A stretch of 63,268 nt of DNA, the filler included, from Octopus bimaculoides (Eukaryota): assembly GCF_001194135.2 (NCBI RefSeq). It is 5 parts of 5 records of this genome, joined end to end, with 100 filler letters (N's around TTAATTAATTAA, not from the genome) between each part and the next. Parts side by side here need not be neighbours in the genome. Positions count along the whole stretch, not along the records: positions 1 to 16,137 come from NC_068983.1; positions 16,238 to 27,885 come from NC_068985.1; 3 more parts are not named here. One strand, 5' to 3'. This document shows positions 13,261 through 24,820 of this stretch, piece after piece (within the stretch, counting starts at the first letter, position 1; each line of letters begins with the position of its first letter). A program made the translations under genes and the position numbers. The notes under the pieces are model-generated. The model had not been told where the DNA came from. It saw only the letters and a program-made list of their open reading frames with translations, and ran no database searches.

Positions 13261-14191
13261 TATGCCATGACTTCCATCCTCAAATAAGCATCCATCTTCC
13301 TTAAGCCAGCATAGAAAAGTAGACATAAAATGAATATATAAACTTAACTGTTAAGGAAATTTCTCCTTATTTTACAGCTGTTAACTTTAAATATATATTA
13401 TTATTTCCTTGTTTGAATTGCATCACTTAGAAATCATTATAGTCTCTCATTTGCAAACAAATCCAAACAAAATGGGAATAAAATATAATGGTGAGAAATT
13501 TGCCACAGAAGTTTGATAATTCGAATTCTTGATTTAATTTGTAGAATGGATTTTAAAACATTTCACTTATGTCAAAGTATTGTGATGAAATGTAACACCT
13601 CTTTGAAAAATTGAAAGTAGTTTCCAGTGTATCCTAACCAATTTTTCATTGCTTCACAAACTAATTGCTCTTCAGTTAGCTCTAAATTTAATAAACTATT
13701 ATGACAGAAATGGTAAACAACATGCTTGTAGGATAGAACCTCAATCAGCAATGCTTCACTTTATGTACAACCCACACGTCATGTTCTCTAATGAACAAAC
13801 TATGGCTACTTCATTAGAGAGCAAGCATAAAGTTATCTAGGAATGAGATTTGCTGTAACTGCTGTTTTATCACCAAGCCTTCACTCAATTGTAGTGTGAG
13901 TGATATAAATTATAGATATTGTATAGCAATAAAGAGTGATGATATATGAAAACTTAGAAACAAGTCCATAAATAGACAATCAACATTAAAATGTAAATAT
14001 CCCAGTTTAAAACTCAACAGAAGATTACATGAGTTGCAGAAGTATAAAAGAGATAACTAAAATAAGCACACAGTTGAAGAGTCTTACAGTTATTGATTTT
14101 AGTATTCTGACATTTGTTTCCTTATTAGATTACAAGGTATCCTGAAATTACAATAAAAGAAATTACAATAATAGTACAAAAAAAGTAGTAA

Positions 14192-14270
<79 letters not shown>

Positions 14271-15300
14271 GTTCAGTAGTTTTATTTTTATAACGTGCTT
14301 TCACTTCACTACCGAGCACAGCTCTGTGCGCCTTGGGTATGTGCTGTGGTGCTCTTATGGTTACTGTATTGAAAGTGTTTTGCGTAGGATGTGTGCAGTA
14401 CCCAGTAGTGCAATTTTCTGTATGTTATATATATTTGTAAGTCCTGGTATTTTTGTTATGTATTTGTCTGAATATTTTTTTATTATACCTAAGGCACCTA
14501 CTATGNNNNNNNNNNNNNNNNNNNNNNNNNNNNNNNNNNNNNNNNNNNNNNNNNNNNNNNNNNNNNNNNNNNNNNNNNNNNNNNNNNNNNNNNNNNNNNN
14601 NNNNNNNNNNNNNNNNNNNNNNNNNNNNNNNNNNNNNNNNNNNNNNNNNNNNNNNNNNNNNNNNNNNNNNNNNNNNNNNNNNNNNNNNNNNNNNNNNNNN
14701 NNNNNNNNNNNNNNNNNNNNNNNNNNNNNNNNNNNNNNNNNNNNNNNNNNNNNNNNNNNNNNNNNNNNNNNNNNNNNNNNNNNNNNNNNNNNNNNNNNNN
14801 NNNNNNNNNNNNNNNNNNNNNNNNNNNNNNNNNNNNNNNNNNNNNNNNNNNNNNNNNNNNNNNNNNNNNNNNNNNNNNNNNNNNNNNNNNNNNNNNNNNN
14901 NNNNNNNNNNNNNNNNNNNNNNNNNNNNNNNNNNNNNNNNNNNNNNNNNNNNNNNNNNNNNNNNNNNNNNNNNNNNNNNNNNNNNNNNNNNNNNNNNNNN
15001 NNNNNNNNNNNNNNNNNNNNNNNNNNNNNNNNNNNNNNNNNNNNNNNNNNNNNNNNNNNNAGCTTCTCAGCCATTGCTGGGATTTTTCTCTGTCTATTTC
15101 TTTCGCATTTAGTTTAGCCCAGTATTTACCATGTAGGGGCTTTTCTTGCCATCGTTTTATCATGGTCCGTTGCTGTTCTAGTTTTAGTTTGGATTTCATT
15201 TGTTTTATAGCTTTTGTTGTTTCTTCTTCTTCTTCTTGTTCTTCGTATTTGTTAGGTAGATTGATTTCTTGTTATTTTTTAGGTAGATTGATTTCTTCTT
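14271..15300 (-). mobile_element. R4/Dong-like RLE retrotransposon, 5'-truncated, interrupted by an assembly gap
   Basis: Minus-strand peptides KRWQEKPLHGKYWAKL...EKSQQWLRS and IVGALGIIKKYSDKYITKIPGLTNIYNIQKIALLGTAHILRKTLSIQ*, typical of R4-clade C-termini. (TAA)n-type repeats lie on both sides. Confidence 0.8.
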
Positions 15301-15324
15301 CTTTTTCTTCTTCTTCTTCTTCTT

Positions 15325-15403
<79 letters not shown>

Positions 15404-15404
<1 letters not shown>

Positions 15405-15592
15405 GGCAGTGAACTGGCAGAATCATTGGCATGCCAGGAAAAATGGTTAGCAGCATTTTGTCCATCTTCACGTTTTGAGTTCAAATTCCGTCGAGGTCGA
15501 CTTTGCCTTTCATCCTTTCAGGGTCGATAAATTTAGTACCAGTGAAACACTGGGGTCGATGAAATCGACTATCTTCCTCCCCCAAGCTTCAG
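15404..15592 (+). mobile_element. SINE family A copy (CpG-decayed head)
   Basis: ggcagtgaactggcagaatc...gagttcaaattcc...gtcgactttgcctttcatcc. Confidence 0.85.
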
Positions 15593-15762
15593 TATGATGC
15601 TCATACCAGTAAGCAGGAATGCCAATTTTCGTAGTGCTTACATGTTTTCCTATGGAAATACTGTCCTACTCTCTATCGTGGCGATTTTTGTGTTTGTTTG
15701 GTGTCAGCATGGGACATCCTGAAACGAGATAGTCTAATATATTCTCATTATTATTATTATTA

Positions 15763-16137
15763 TTCAGTAGTTTTATTTTTATAACGTGCTTTCATTTCAC
15801 TACCGAGCGCAGCTCTGAGCGCCTTGGGTATGTGCTGTGGTTTGCTGTGGTGCTCTTATGTTTACTGTATTGAAAGTGTTTTGCGTAGAATGTGTGCAGT
15901 ACCCAGTAGTGCAATTTTCTGTATGTCATATATATTTGTAAGTCCTGCTATTTTTGTTATGTATTTGTCTGAATATTTTTTTATTATACCTAAGGTACCT
16001 ACTATGATAGGAATTGTTTCTGTTTTTAGATTCCACATTCGAGTTATCTCTATTTCCAGGTCTTTGTATTTTGAAAGTTTTTTCCATTTCTTTTAGAGAA
16101 ACGTTGTCATCTGCTGGTATTGATACATCAATTAGAA
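15763..16137 (-). mobile_element. R4/Dong-like RLE retrotransposon 3' fragment (endonuclease domain, +1 frameshift)
   Basis: LIDVSIPADDNVSLKEMEK/LSKYKDLEIEITRMWNLKTETIPIIVGTLG...LGTAHILRKTLSIQ*: a restriction-like endonuclease motif with one extra A in a homopolymer at about 16078-16083. Confidence 0.85.
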
Positions 16138-16237
16138 NNNNNNNNNNNNNNNNNNNNNNNNNNNNNNNNNNNNNNNNNNNNTTAATTAATTAANNNNNNN
16201 NNNNNNNNNNNNNNNNNNNNNNNNNNNNNNNNNNNNN
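16138..16237. other. Assembly gap with TTAATTAATTAA spacer (also at about 27930, 59015, 61341)
   Basis: The same 12-mer, which has stops in all six frames, sits centred in N runs. An assembly convention, not biology. Confidence 0.9.
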
Positions 16238-16305
<68 letters not shown>

Positions 16306-16340
16306 TTTATTTTTATTTTTATTTTTATTATTATTATTAC

Positions 16341-16388
<48 letters not shown>

Positions 16389-16835
16389 CATTATAACAAT
16401 GCTTACGATATATCTTTTTATATAAATTCCTCCATCATAAACAGGACTGCTGGAAATATAGCGATAGGAACCAATGCACCGGTTCTCCTTTACAAACGCA
16501 ACTAAGTCTTATGTACCAGGGAACATGTATGTACGGGAATGCTTATATACACATATGTGTGTGTATGTTTGTATGTATGTGTGGGTGGGTATATATATGC
16601 GTCCTTATGTATAATAACAATAACAATTGATTCATTGGTGTGTATGTATAGACGTTTATGTATGTACACTTAAGTGTACATATATATCTATTCATGTATT
16701 TATGTTTATTTATTTATTTATATCTATATATGTCAACGTATGCATGCATATGCATATATATGTGAGATTTTATTATATTCATATGACTTTTATATGTTTA
16801 TATTTTTATATTGTAAATTAATTCCATGAATTCGT

Positions 16836-16974
16836 AAATCTCTGAAGAGGCCTAGAGAACCATACATGTACCTCTATTTTCATCCATTTCATCAATTAAT
16901 TACTCCAGTTTACTGGAGTTATATACATAGAATGAGGCATGTCAATTGCTAGGCTGAAACAGCTGTAAGACATT
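16836..16974 (+). ncRNA. Type I hammerhead ribozyme motif with 93-nt loop II
   Basis: CTGAAGA 16842-16848; helix II GGCCTAG/CTAGGCT (7 bp, one G-U); GAAAC 16956-16960; palindromic helix III ACAGCTGT; GUA cleavage triplet 16965-16967; helix I only 3 bp (TCT/AGA). Confidence 0.6.
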
Positions 16975-18856
16975 GTCCATTTTTTGGTCACTGGATATCT
17001 GTTTTAATTTTTATTACTGAAATGACATAATATGTCATATGTGTTTGTATATTGTTCTTATTCTCCTGTCCTCTTAGTTGAAAAATAAAAAAAAATAAAT
17101 TGACATAATACAACGTCTGCAAGTTGATGAGTACCACATATTCCCCTTCAACTTCTTATTGCTATATAAATTATGGGTAAAATTTCCTTTTACCCGCACC
17201 CATTTATTGCACTCGGTAAAAATACTAGTGTAATAGTAATTGGATATCCTTCCGGCAGTATATTGGCTAGATATTATCCCTTAGTGGGTTTGATTCACAA
17301 CCACTAACTTTCTTGGATTATACATATATNNNNNNNNNNNNNNNNNNNNNNNNNNNNNNNNNNNNNNNNNNNNNNNNNNNNNNNNNNNNNNNNNNNNNNN
17401 NNNNNNNNNNNNNNNNNNNNNNNNNNNNNNNNNNNNNNNNNNNNNNNNNNNNNNNNNNNNNNNNNNNNNNNNNNNNNNNNNNNNNNNNNNNNNNNNNNNN
17501 NNNNNNNNNNNNNNNNNNNNNNNNNNNNNNNNNNNNNNNNNNNNNNNNNNNNNNNNNNNNNNNNNNNNNNNNNNNNNNNNNNNNNNNNNNNNNNNNNGCA
17601 ATGCTTAACCATTAAACAATCTCCCCTAAAATTTAAACCAGTTTTCATTTCGAAAATCCAATTTCATAGAAATGATATGATAGATGAACAATCGTTAGTG
17701 CTGTACGCAGAAATGACTCCATTTTACTTGATAAGGCATTTGGCAGACTTATTTACTGACGTAGCTACGAATACATATACATAAATACATACATACATAC
17801 ATACATACATACATACATACGCACACACATACACGCACATACATACATATATATATACATACATTCATACATACTTACATTCATACATATATAAACACAC
17901 GAATACATACATGCCTACATATAAACATACATACATGCCTACAAATAAACATACATACATATTTACATATATACATACATACGTAGAAATATGAATGTAT
18001 GTATACGTATTCACATTTTTATTTAGAGATATGACGAAGTAAATATATGTAGGCCTATACATGCATTCGAATTTCTTTGCAGTAATTTGCTTCGATAATT
18101 TAAATCTTGGCAATGTGTCCTCGCATTTTATGTACGCTTGTGATTGCGATGCATATACATAAATATATATGTACACACACTCACACACACACACACACAC
18201 ACACACACAACATACATACATGCATATGTTTATGTGGTTATGTGTGTGTATGAGGTAGAGAATGAAATCTTACTTGTCTTATGTTCCATTAATTCAGTAT
18301 ACATTCAGGGCTATTGATTTCAGGAACAAGGAGGAATACATTGAAGAATTTGTATCATAAATGAATTGCAGGAAATATCAAAGAGCTTCATCATTGCAAG
18401 AAGATATATACTACTATTTATAATAAAGTCATATATGATCAATCACGATGTAGACTCGTACAGTCAGCACATTTTCAAAGAATTGCTAAAGCTAGGACTA
18501 ACTGCCAAAATTTCTAAGTGTAATTAATAACTCTGTTGTTAAAATTATTGCAAATGAATTACTTTTTCCTTTACAAATCTCCCAAACATCAATGTTGCAA
18601 CATTTCAAGTATTCCCGCAGTCTAACTCACCTTTTATATTGAGCTTATTAGTACTTCTATATAGTTAGAAACGCACTCAGACATCAAGGTGCACGCGGAA
18701 CGAGTGCACAATGGAACTTCGTTACATGTTTCTCCAGACACACACAAACATACGCGCACGCACACAGACACACACGCACGCACACAGACACACACATACT
18801 CACACACACACATGCACAGACCCATGTATATTTCTGTGTATACATACATACACACA

Positions 18857-18890
<34 letters not shown>

Positions 18891-20799
18891 NNNNNNNNNN
18901 NNNNNNNNNNNNNNNNNNNNNNNNNNNNNNNNNNNNNNNNNNNNNNNNNNNNNNNNNNNNNNNNNNNNNNNNNNNNNNNNNNNNNNNNNNNNNNNNNNNN
19001 NNNNNNNNNNNNNNNNNNNNNNNNNNNNNNNNNNNNNNNNNNNNNNNNNNNNNNNNNNNNNNNNNNNNNNNNNNNNNNNNNNNNNNNNNNNNNNNNNNNN
19101 NNNNNNNNNNNNNNNNNNNNNNNNNNNNNNNNNNNNNNNNNNNNNNNNNNNNNNNNNNNNNNNNNNNNNNNNNNNNNNNNNNNNNNNNNNNNNNNNNNNN
19201 NNNNNNNNNNNNNNNTATATACATACATATATATCTATATTTATATATATGCATATATATGAATACATATATATAAGTGTGTGTGTGTGTGTGTAAATAC
19301 AAGTAAGCTTCAAGCTGTACGCGGTTAGCATATAGGACAAACAGTTTTCAGTATGCGAGGAGATACAATAATAACTTTTGGTATCAGAACTTAGAAACAC
19401 TTTCACATATGACGGTTACATTTCCGATAAGTTGATAGTTTCTATACAACGCACCGTCAGTAACTAATACCGCTAAAAATGTGAATAAAATGTCAAACTT
19501 AAAGGAGTGGCACAGGTAAAATGTAAGCTACACATATTTATAAACTAGCTGAACCTCCGTATGCAACTGTTGCACAATGAACTCTCCTCAGTATAGCTAA
19601 TCATCAGCCTAAAATTAACTCAAAACAATTTACAATGCCGTGCGTAATTTCCAAGTCAACCACAACACAATGGTGAGACCAAATGAATCAACAGGTCAAT
19701 AAAAAAAGCATAAAAAATAAATAGATAAAATAAACATAAAAAGAAAGGACGTTTAGAAGATCGCTGAACCTTTTAGCACAATGTGAAACCTAAAATATGC
19801 ATAGTATGCGTGTGGTTTAGAGTACTAGGGTAGGAAGGAGAAAACAGCAGAAAGAAAGAAAAAAATAACGATAGCTAGAATTATGGGAAACGTTGAGATA
19901 AGTATTGAGGCAATAAAATCTTGTAACTTACGTAGAGTACCAGTGGATACCTACCGGAAACTTATCCTCAAACAAATACAGAAAGACTATAAAATATTAC
20001 CGGACTCTGTGCGAAAAGGAAATTACCGAAATACTTGTGCTTTAGTTTTTAACCTTGGTCTGGAAGATACGACTCAACCACTTCAGCACAGACTACCCCA
20101 CGTAAACTTCAAAGACCAAGAAGAAACTTTCGTTGTGAACCATTTCGTTCGCTTCCTTTACCCTTCTGGCTATAATATAGATAGTATAAGCGAATTCATT
20201 TCAGGTAGAGTACTACCCCACCTTCTTTCTTCAATTCTGTTAAAGCTGTGGTTGATCTCCACAGAGGCTAACTAATGGCTTAGTTCCTTGCTCTATAAAA
20301 GCAGATATAAATTCACTCAAGTTGATGAGTATTACTCTGGTGTATCACCCAAACTACTAAATAAGGCCACAATATTCGCACTTAAAATTCTGACTCAACT
20401 AGGAAAGATGTGCATATAATTCGAGTGAACCGTCAGATAGTTATTAACTTTGGCGGGAAACTAGCTACTTAAGAAAAATATGTAGCTTACATTTACTTCT
20501 TTCAATCCTTTAAGTTTGGTACGTGTGTGTGTGTGATGGGTTGTATTATTGTAGTATAACCCATAAGGGTGAGTACAGCAAAGTAGGTACCGTTTCTAAG
20601 TGTGTGTGTATAAAGGCATTTGCTTCTATGATTTGTGCTCTTTCTTGCCAGCTATTGCGAATGGGTTACATTTATGAAACCCAAGAGAACCTTGTTTATG
20701 AGGATTTAGAATGTTACATAATGTCAGCCTCAAAAAATATTAAGAAATGTCGTAACTCCATTCAAACAAAATATTAATATTTTTTCTCTGTAGGAAAGT

Positions 20800-20990
20800 G
20801 TTGATCTAGCAGATAAGTCAGCACGTCGGGGAAAATGCTTAGAGGCTTTCCGTCCAGCTTTACGCTCTCAAGTTACATTCCGCCGAGGTGAACTTTGTCT
20901 TAGGTGTCGATAAAATAAGAACTAATTGAGCACCAGAATCGATATAAGCGACTTAGCTCCTCTCCCCCCATTGTGCCTAAATTTAAGACC
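20800..20990 (+). mobile_element. Diverged SINE family A copy
   Basis: gaaaatgcttag...ttccgccgaggtgaactttg...gtcgataaaataag. Confidence 0.7.
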
Positions 20991-21320
20991 AAAATCTATC
21001 ACTGTAAAACTCCATGGGATTTATAAAAATTACAAATACTCCATTCACCGACGTACGTATGAGGAGAGATATCACACAGTATCAACTCACAACAAACAAA
21101 CAGGGAGATGAAGAATTCAACTGTGGCCATTAGTTTAATGAAGACATAACATAAAACAGTATTTATTAATGTTTTTTTTTTAGTGTGATCGGGCGAGAAA
21201 TAAACCGGACTATTTTCTGAGAGGAGAATTTATGTGCAACAACAAAAAAATATATATATTGAAACGCAGTAAACACAGTAATGTATGTATATCACTATAC
21301 CGTATATAGATACCTATATA

Positions 21321-21368
<48 letters not shown>

Positions 21369-21999
21369 TCTCTCCGTATATATATATATGTTGGTATGTG
21401 TGTGCGAGAGTGTGTGTTTTGAAAAACAAGTTTCGTTTGGTGAGAGTATATCATTCCATTCCATAAGCGTATCTTGGTCAGCCTATATATATATATGTAT
21501 ATAAAATATATATATATATGCATATAAAATATATTCTGTATTTGTAACTATATATGCCAATACTTTTAATTCAAAAACATACATAAAAATACAGGCCCCA
21601 TTACCCTAATATAGCTCATTACTTTACCATTGCTAAATGTGTGTGTGTTCCTGCGTCGGTATTCATGCTTCAGCATGCCTGTTTGTGTACGCATGTGTGT
21701 ATGGGTTTTCATGCGTGTTACGTTTAGAAAATGGAGAGAAATTTAATGTAAAATTGTATTAGGCTTGAGTATTTAGTCGATATTACATGAAGTAGTAGTT
21801 ATAATGGAAAGTTCCATTTTGATTATGTTTAAATAATATTGAGAAGGTAGCCTCATTCACTGGAGAAACTGATAGCGATTTTTCACACTATAGAATTGAC
21901 GGGGTTTTTTTAAAAACATTCACCGTATCATGGTTTATAAGGCTGCATTAAGAAATAGCTTTTACTCCGTTCACTGTACAGAAATGTTCTATAGGAAAA

Positions 22000-22709
22000 C
22001 AGATTTCACATTCCAAGTAAATCAACAAATGACGAAGCTGAATGAAAGTGATCTTGAATAGTGCCAAATACATCCAGTTGCTGAAGGATAATTTGATACC
22101 AGACTTGGGTAAAGGTGAGATTTTTCAGCATGACGAAGCTCCATGCCACGTAACGTGTGCAACACAACGGAGATTGGCTAATGAAGGTGTTACTGTATTG
22201 AAAGATTTGTCAGTTCACAGCCCTGAGTATCGTCGAGCAAATGTGGAAAGAACTAAAAAGAAGAGTTCGTTAGAAAAAGCCACACAGACTTGAAGTGTTG
22301 TGGGAGATCAGCCACAGAGAATGGCATCTTATACCTGTGAAGATGGGGATAGATTTATACATATCTCTTCCCAGGCATACTGAAGCAATTATTCAAGCTA
22401 AGGGAAGTCACAAGAAATATTAACAATGTACAGTAACTTCTTGAAATGAATAGTATGTAATAAATTTTCATCATAAATATTTTCTGTTGGTGAAAAATTT
22501 TGCACAACCATTTTTGTGGGTCGTCTCCCATTATCACGTCTCATTCGGAATCCCTAATACAAAACAAATAATGATTGGGTATTGAAATGACCCCAACAGA
22601 GACAAAGTTTCATCTGTAAAAAACGCAAAGCGAAAAATCCAATTGGAAGTTGGCAATAAGTAGAAATTTACAATAGTTTAAAGTGGCTGGAGACTTTTGA
22701 ACGGTACTG
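22000..22709 (+). mobile_element. Tc1-like DNA transposon 3' remnant (DDE transposase fragment + right TIR)
   Basis: ORF 22042-22293 NSAKYIQLLKDNLIP...IFQHDEAPCH...VTVLKD..VHSPE matches Tc1 FQxDxAPxH / WPxxSPDL motifs. Ends ...ACTTTTGAACGGTACTG|TA at 22709. Confidence 0.85.
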
Positions 22710-23327
22710 TATATATATAGAAAATAAGGAGAATGAAGAATTTCAACATTCAAATTTTATATTATTTACAGTTACTTCATTTATCATAATTGTCGAACAC
22801 GTGTTTCGATCGCATTAATAGCATATTGTTGCATATTTATATTTTCCGCGACTTGTGCATTATTAGTGCGATCTCTTTTGGGTGTATGAATATGGCATTG
22901 TTCAAAGAGGGAATTTCCTTTCGTTATTAGCTTGAATTAGACTAGTAAACCATGCCGTTCATCGATGAGGTATTTTTTCCCAACTGATACTTTGGGTAAA
23001 ATTCAGCAGCATTCTTAGCAGATGGAATGCTTACTGGAAGAATCGCTCATTCCTCTCAATCTCTTTTGTCTCTTATGTGTCTATGTATACATGCATTCAT
23101 ACATATANNNNNNNNNNNNNNNNNNNNNNNTGTATTTCTTCTATCTTAATGAATAATAATTCTTCGGATAAAATAAATGGGTTATTAGAAACCAATGTAG
23201 CAAAGAACACAAAATAACGTTGGTGTTGTTCCTGTTTTTAAGGCAGGAACTCCTTGAAATTTTGGGTTTTTGAGTATATTTAAAAATTAAAGGAATGGAG
23301 AAAACGCATGTTATAATAGCATACTTT

Positions 23328-23409
23328 ATTCCTACATATGTTTCAAAGGATTACAACCTATGTGATCCATAGGGATCTGTGATATTAACATTGTAACCTT
23401 CTCATCAGG

Positions 23410-23413
<4 letters not shown>
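23328..23413 (-). ncRNA. Type I hammerhead ribozyme motif, near-intact
   Basis: Minus strand: ATTCC-CTGATGA-GAAGGTTACA-(36 nt)-TGTAATCCTTT-GAAAC-ATAT-GTA-GGAAT. Helix I is 5/5 bp, helix II about 10 bp with one bulge, helix III is the palindrome ACATATGT. Confidence 0.8.
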
Positions 23414-23445
<32 letters not shown>

Positions 23446-23628
23446 GTATATGTTTGTGTGTGTGTGTGTGTGTGTATAACGTATGTATATGTGTATGCAT
23501 ATATATATAAATTATCTGTAGCTATCACCATATATTATATATATATATATATATATATACGCACACATATATTTCTGTATGTGTGAGTGTACGTGCGTGT
23601 GTATGTGTGTGTGTGTGTGTGTGTGTTT

Positions 23629-23660
<32 letters not shown>

Positions 23661-23670
23661 AAGAGTGAGT

Positions 23671-23702
<32 letters not shown>

Positions 23703-24820
23703 AAGGTCCCATTAACGAATGTACATGAAAAGTGATGATTCCTAATTTCTGTGGTTCTGTGGCTTGTATTTGAACAATTGTTCTGGAGAAGTCGGTTACA
23801 CTTATGTTAAAATAATAAGGGTCTATATATTAAGCTTTTATCCTCTGAAACAATGTAATACTGCTGCATAACCTGCGACTGTGCCAATACTAATGGCACA
23901 AATTGTTGGGATTACATCCAGAGATGAAATCGCTTAAAAGCTCACTCCAGTCTCTGACCCACAGATTTGTTGTCTCTTTTCCATCACATTTCTTTAACTA
24001 CTATGATGGCACTTGTTCCTCAAACCCTCATCCATATATTGGCAGCATTTTGCTCATCTTTCTCCCCCTCGTCAATCTTTTTGTGTCATCAGGTCCCACA
24101 CTAACTATAGTTTTCACAGAAATGAAAAATGGCAGCCTTGTCTTTTGTATTTAGTGGTGCTATATTTCGTAATATTCAGTGTTGTAGAAATTTATGTTGT
24201 TATGTTGTTATGTTCGTATATGCGGGCAATCTGGATTTCGATATTCAGTATTGTCTACTTTTCAGCTTCATTGCTTATCGGTTTCGTTTTCGGTAACTTC
24301 GTGCAGAAATAGCCTCTCCTGAAATCATTTCTTTGTATGTGAAAGCGGATGTAAAGTAGTTTATGACACGTTTATGATTATATATATATATATATATNNN
24401 NNNNNNNNNNNNNNNNNNNNNNNNNNNNNNNNNNNNNNNNNNNNNNNNNNNNNNNNNNNNNNNNNNNNNNNNNNNNNNNNNNNNNNNNNNNNNNNNNNNN
24501 NNNNNNNNNNNNNNNNNNNNNNNNNNNNNNNNNNNNNNNNNNNNNNNNNNNNNNNNNNNNNNNNNNNNNNNNNNNNNNNNNNNNNNNNNNNNNNNNNNNN
24601 NNNNNNNNNNNNNNNNNNNNNNNNNNNNNNNNNNNNNNNNNNNNNNNNNNNNNNNNNNNNNNNNNNNNNNNNNNNNNNNNNNNNNNNNNNNNNNNNNNNN
24701 NNNNNNNNNNNNNNNNNNNNNNNNNNNNNNNNNNNNNNNNNNNNNNNNNNNNNNNNNNNNNNNNNNNNNNNNNNNNNNNNNNNNNNNNNNNNATTGATGC
24801 GACCACCGAAATACAATTAG

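Noticed and set aside
16181-16192. TTAATTAATTAA palindrome recurring four times
   Set aside because: Always centred in N runs; an assembly spacer.
19883-20275. 130-codon ORF in unique-looking sequence
   Set aside because: No ATG start, no recognisable domain and no clear splice sites; possibly a decayed LINE ORF1 but not supportable.
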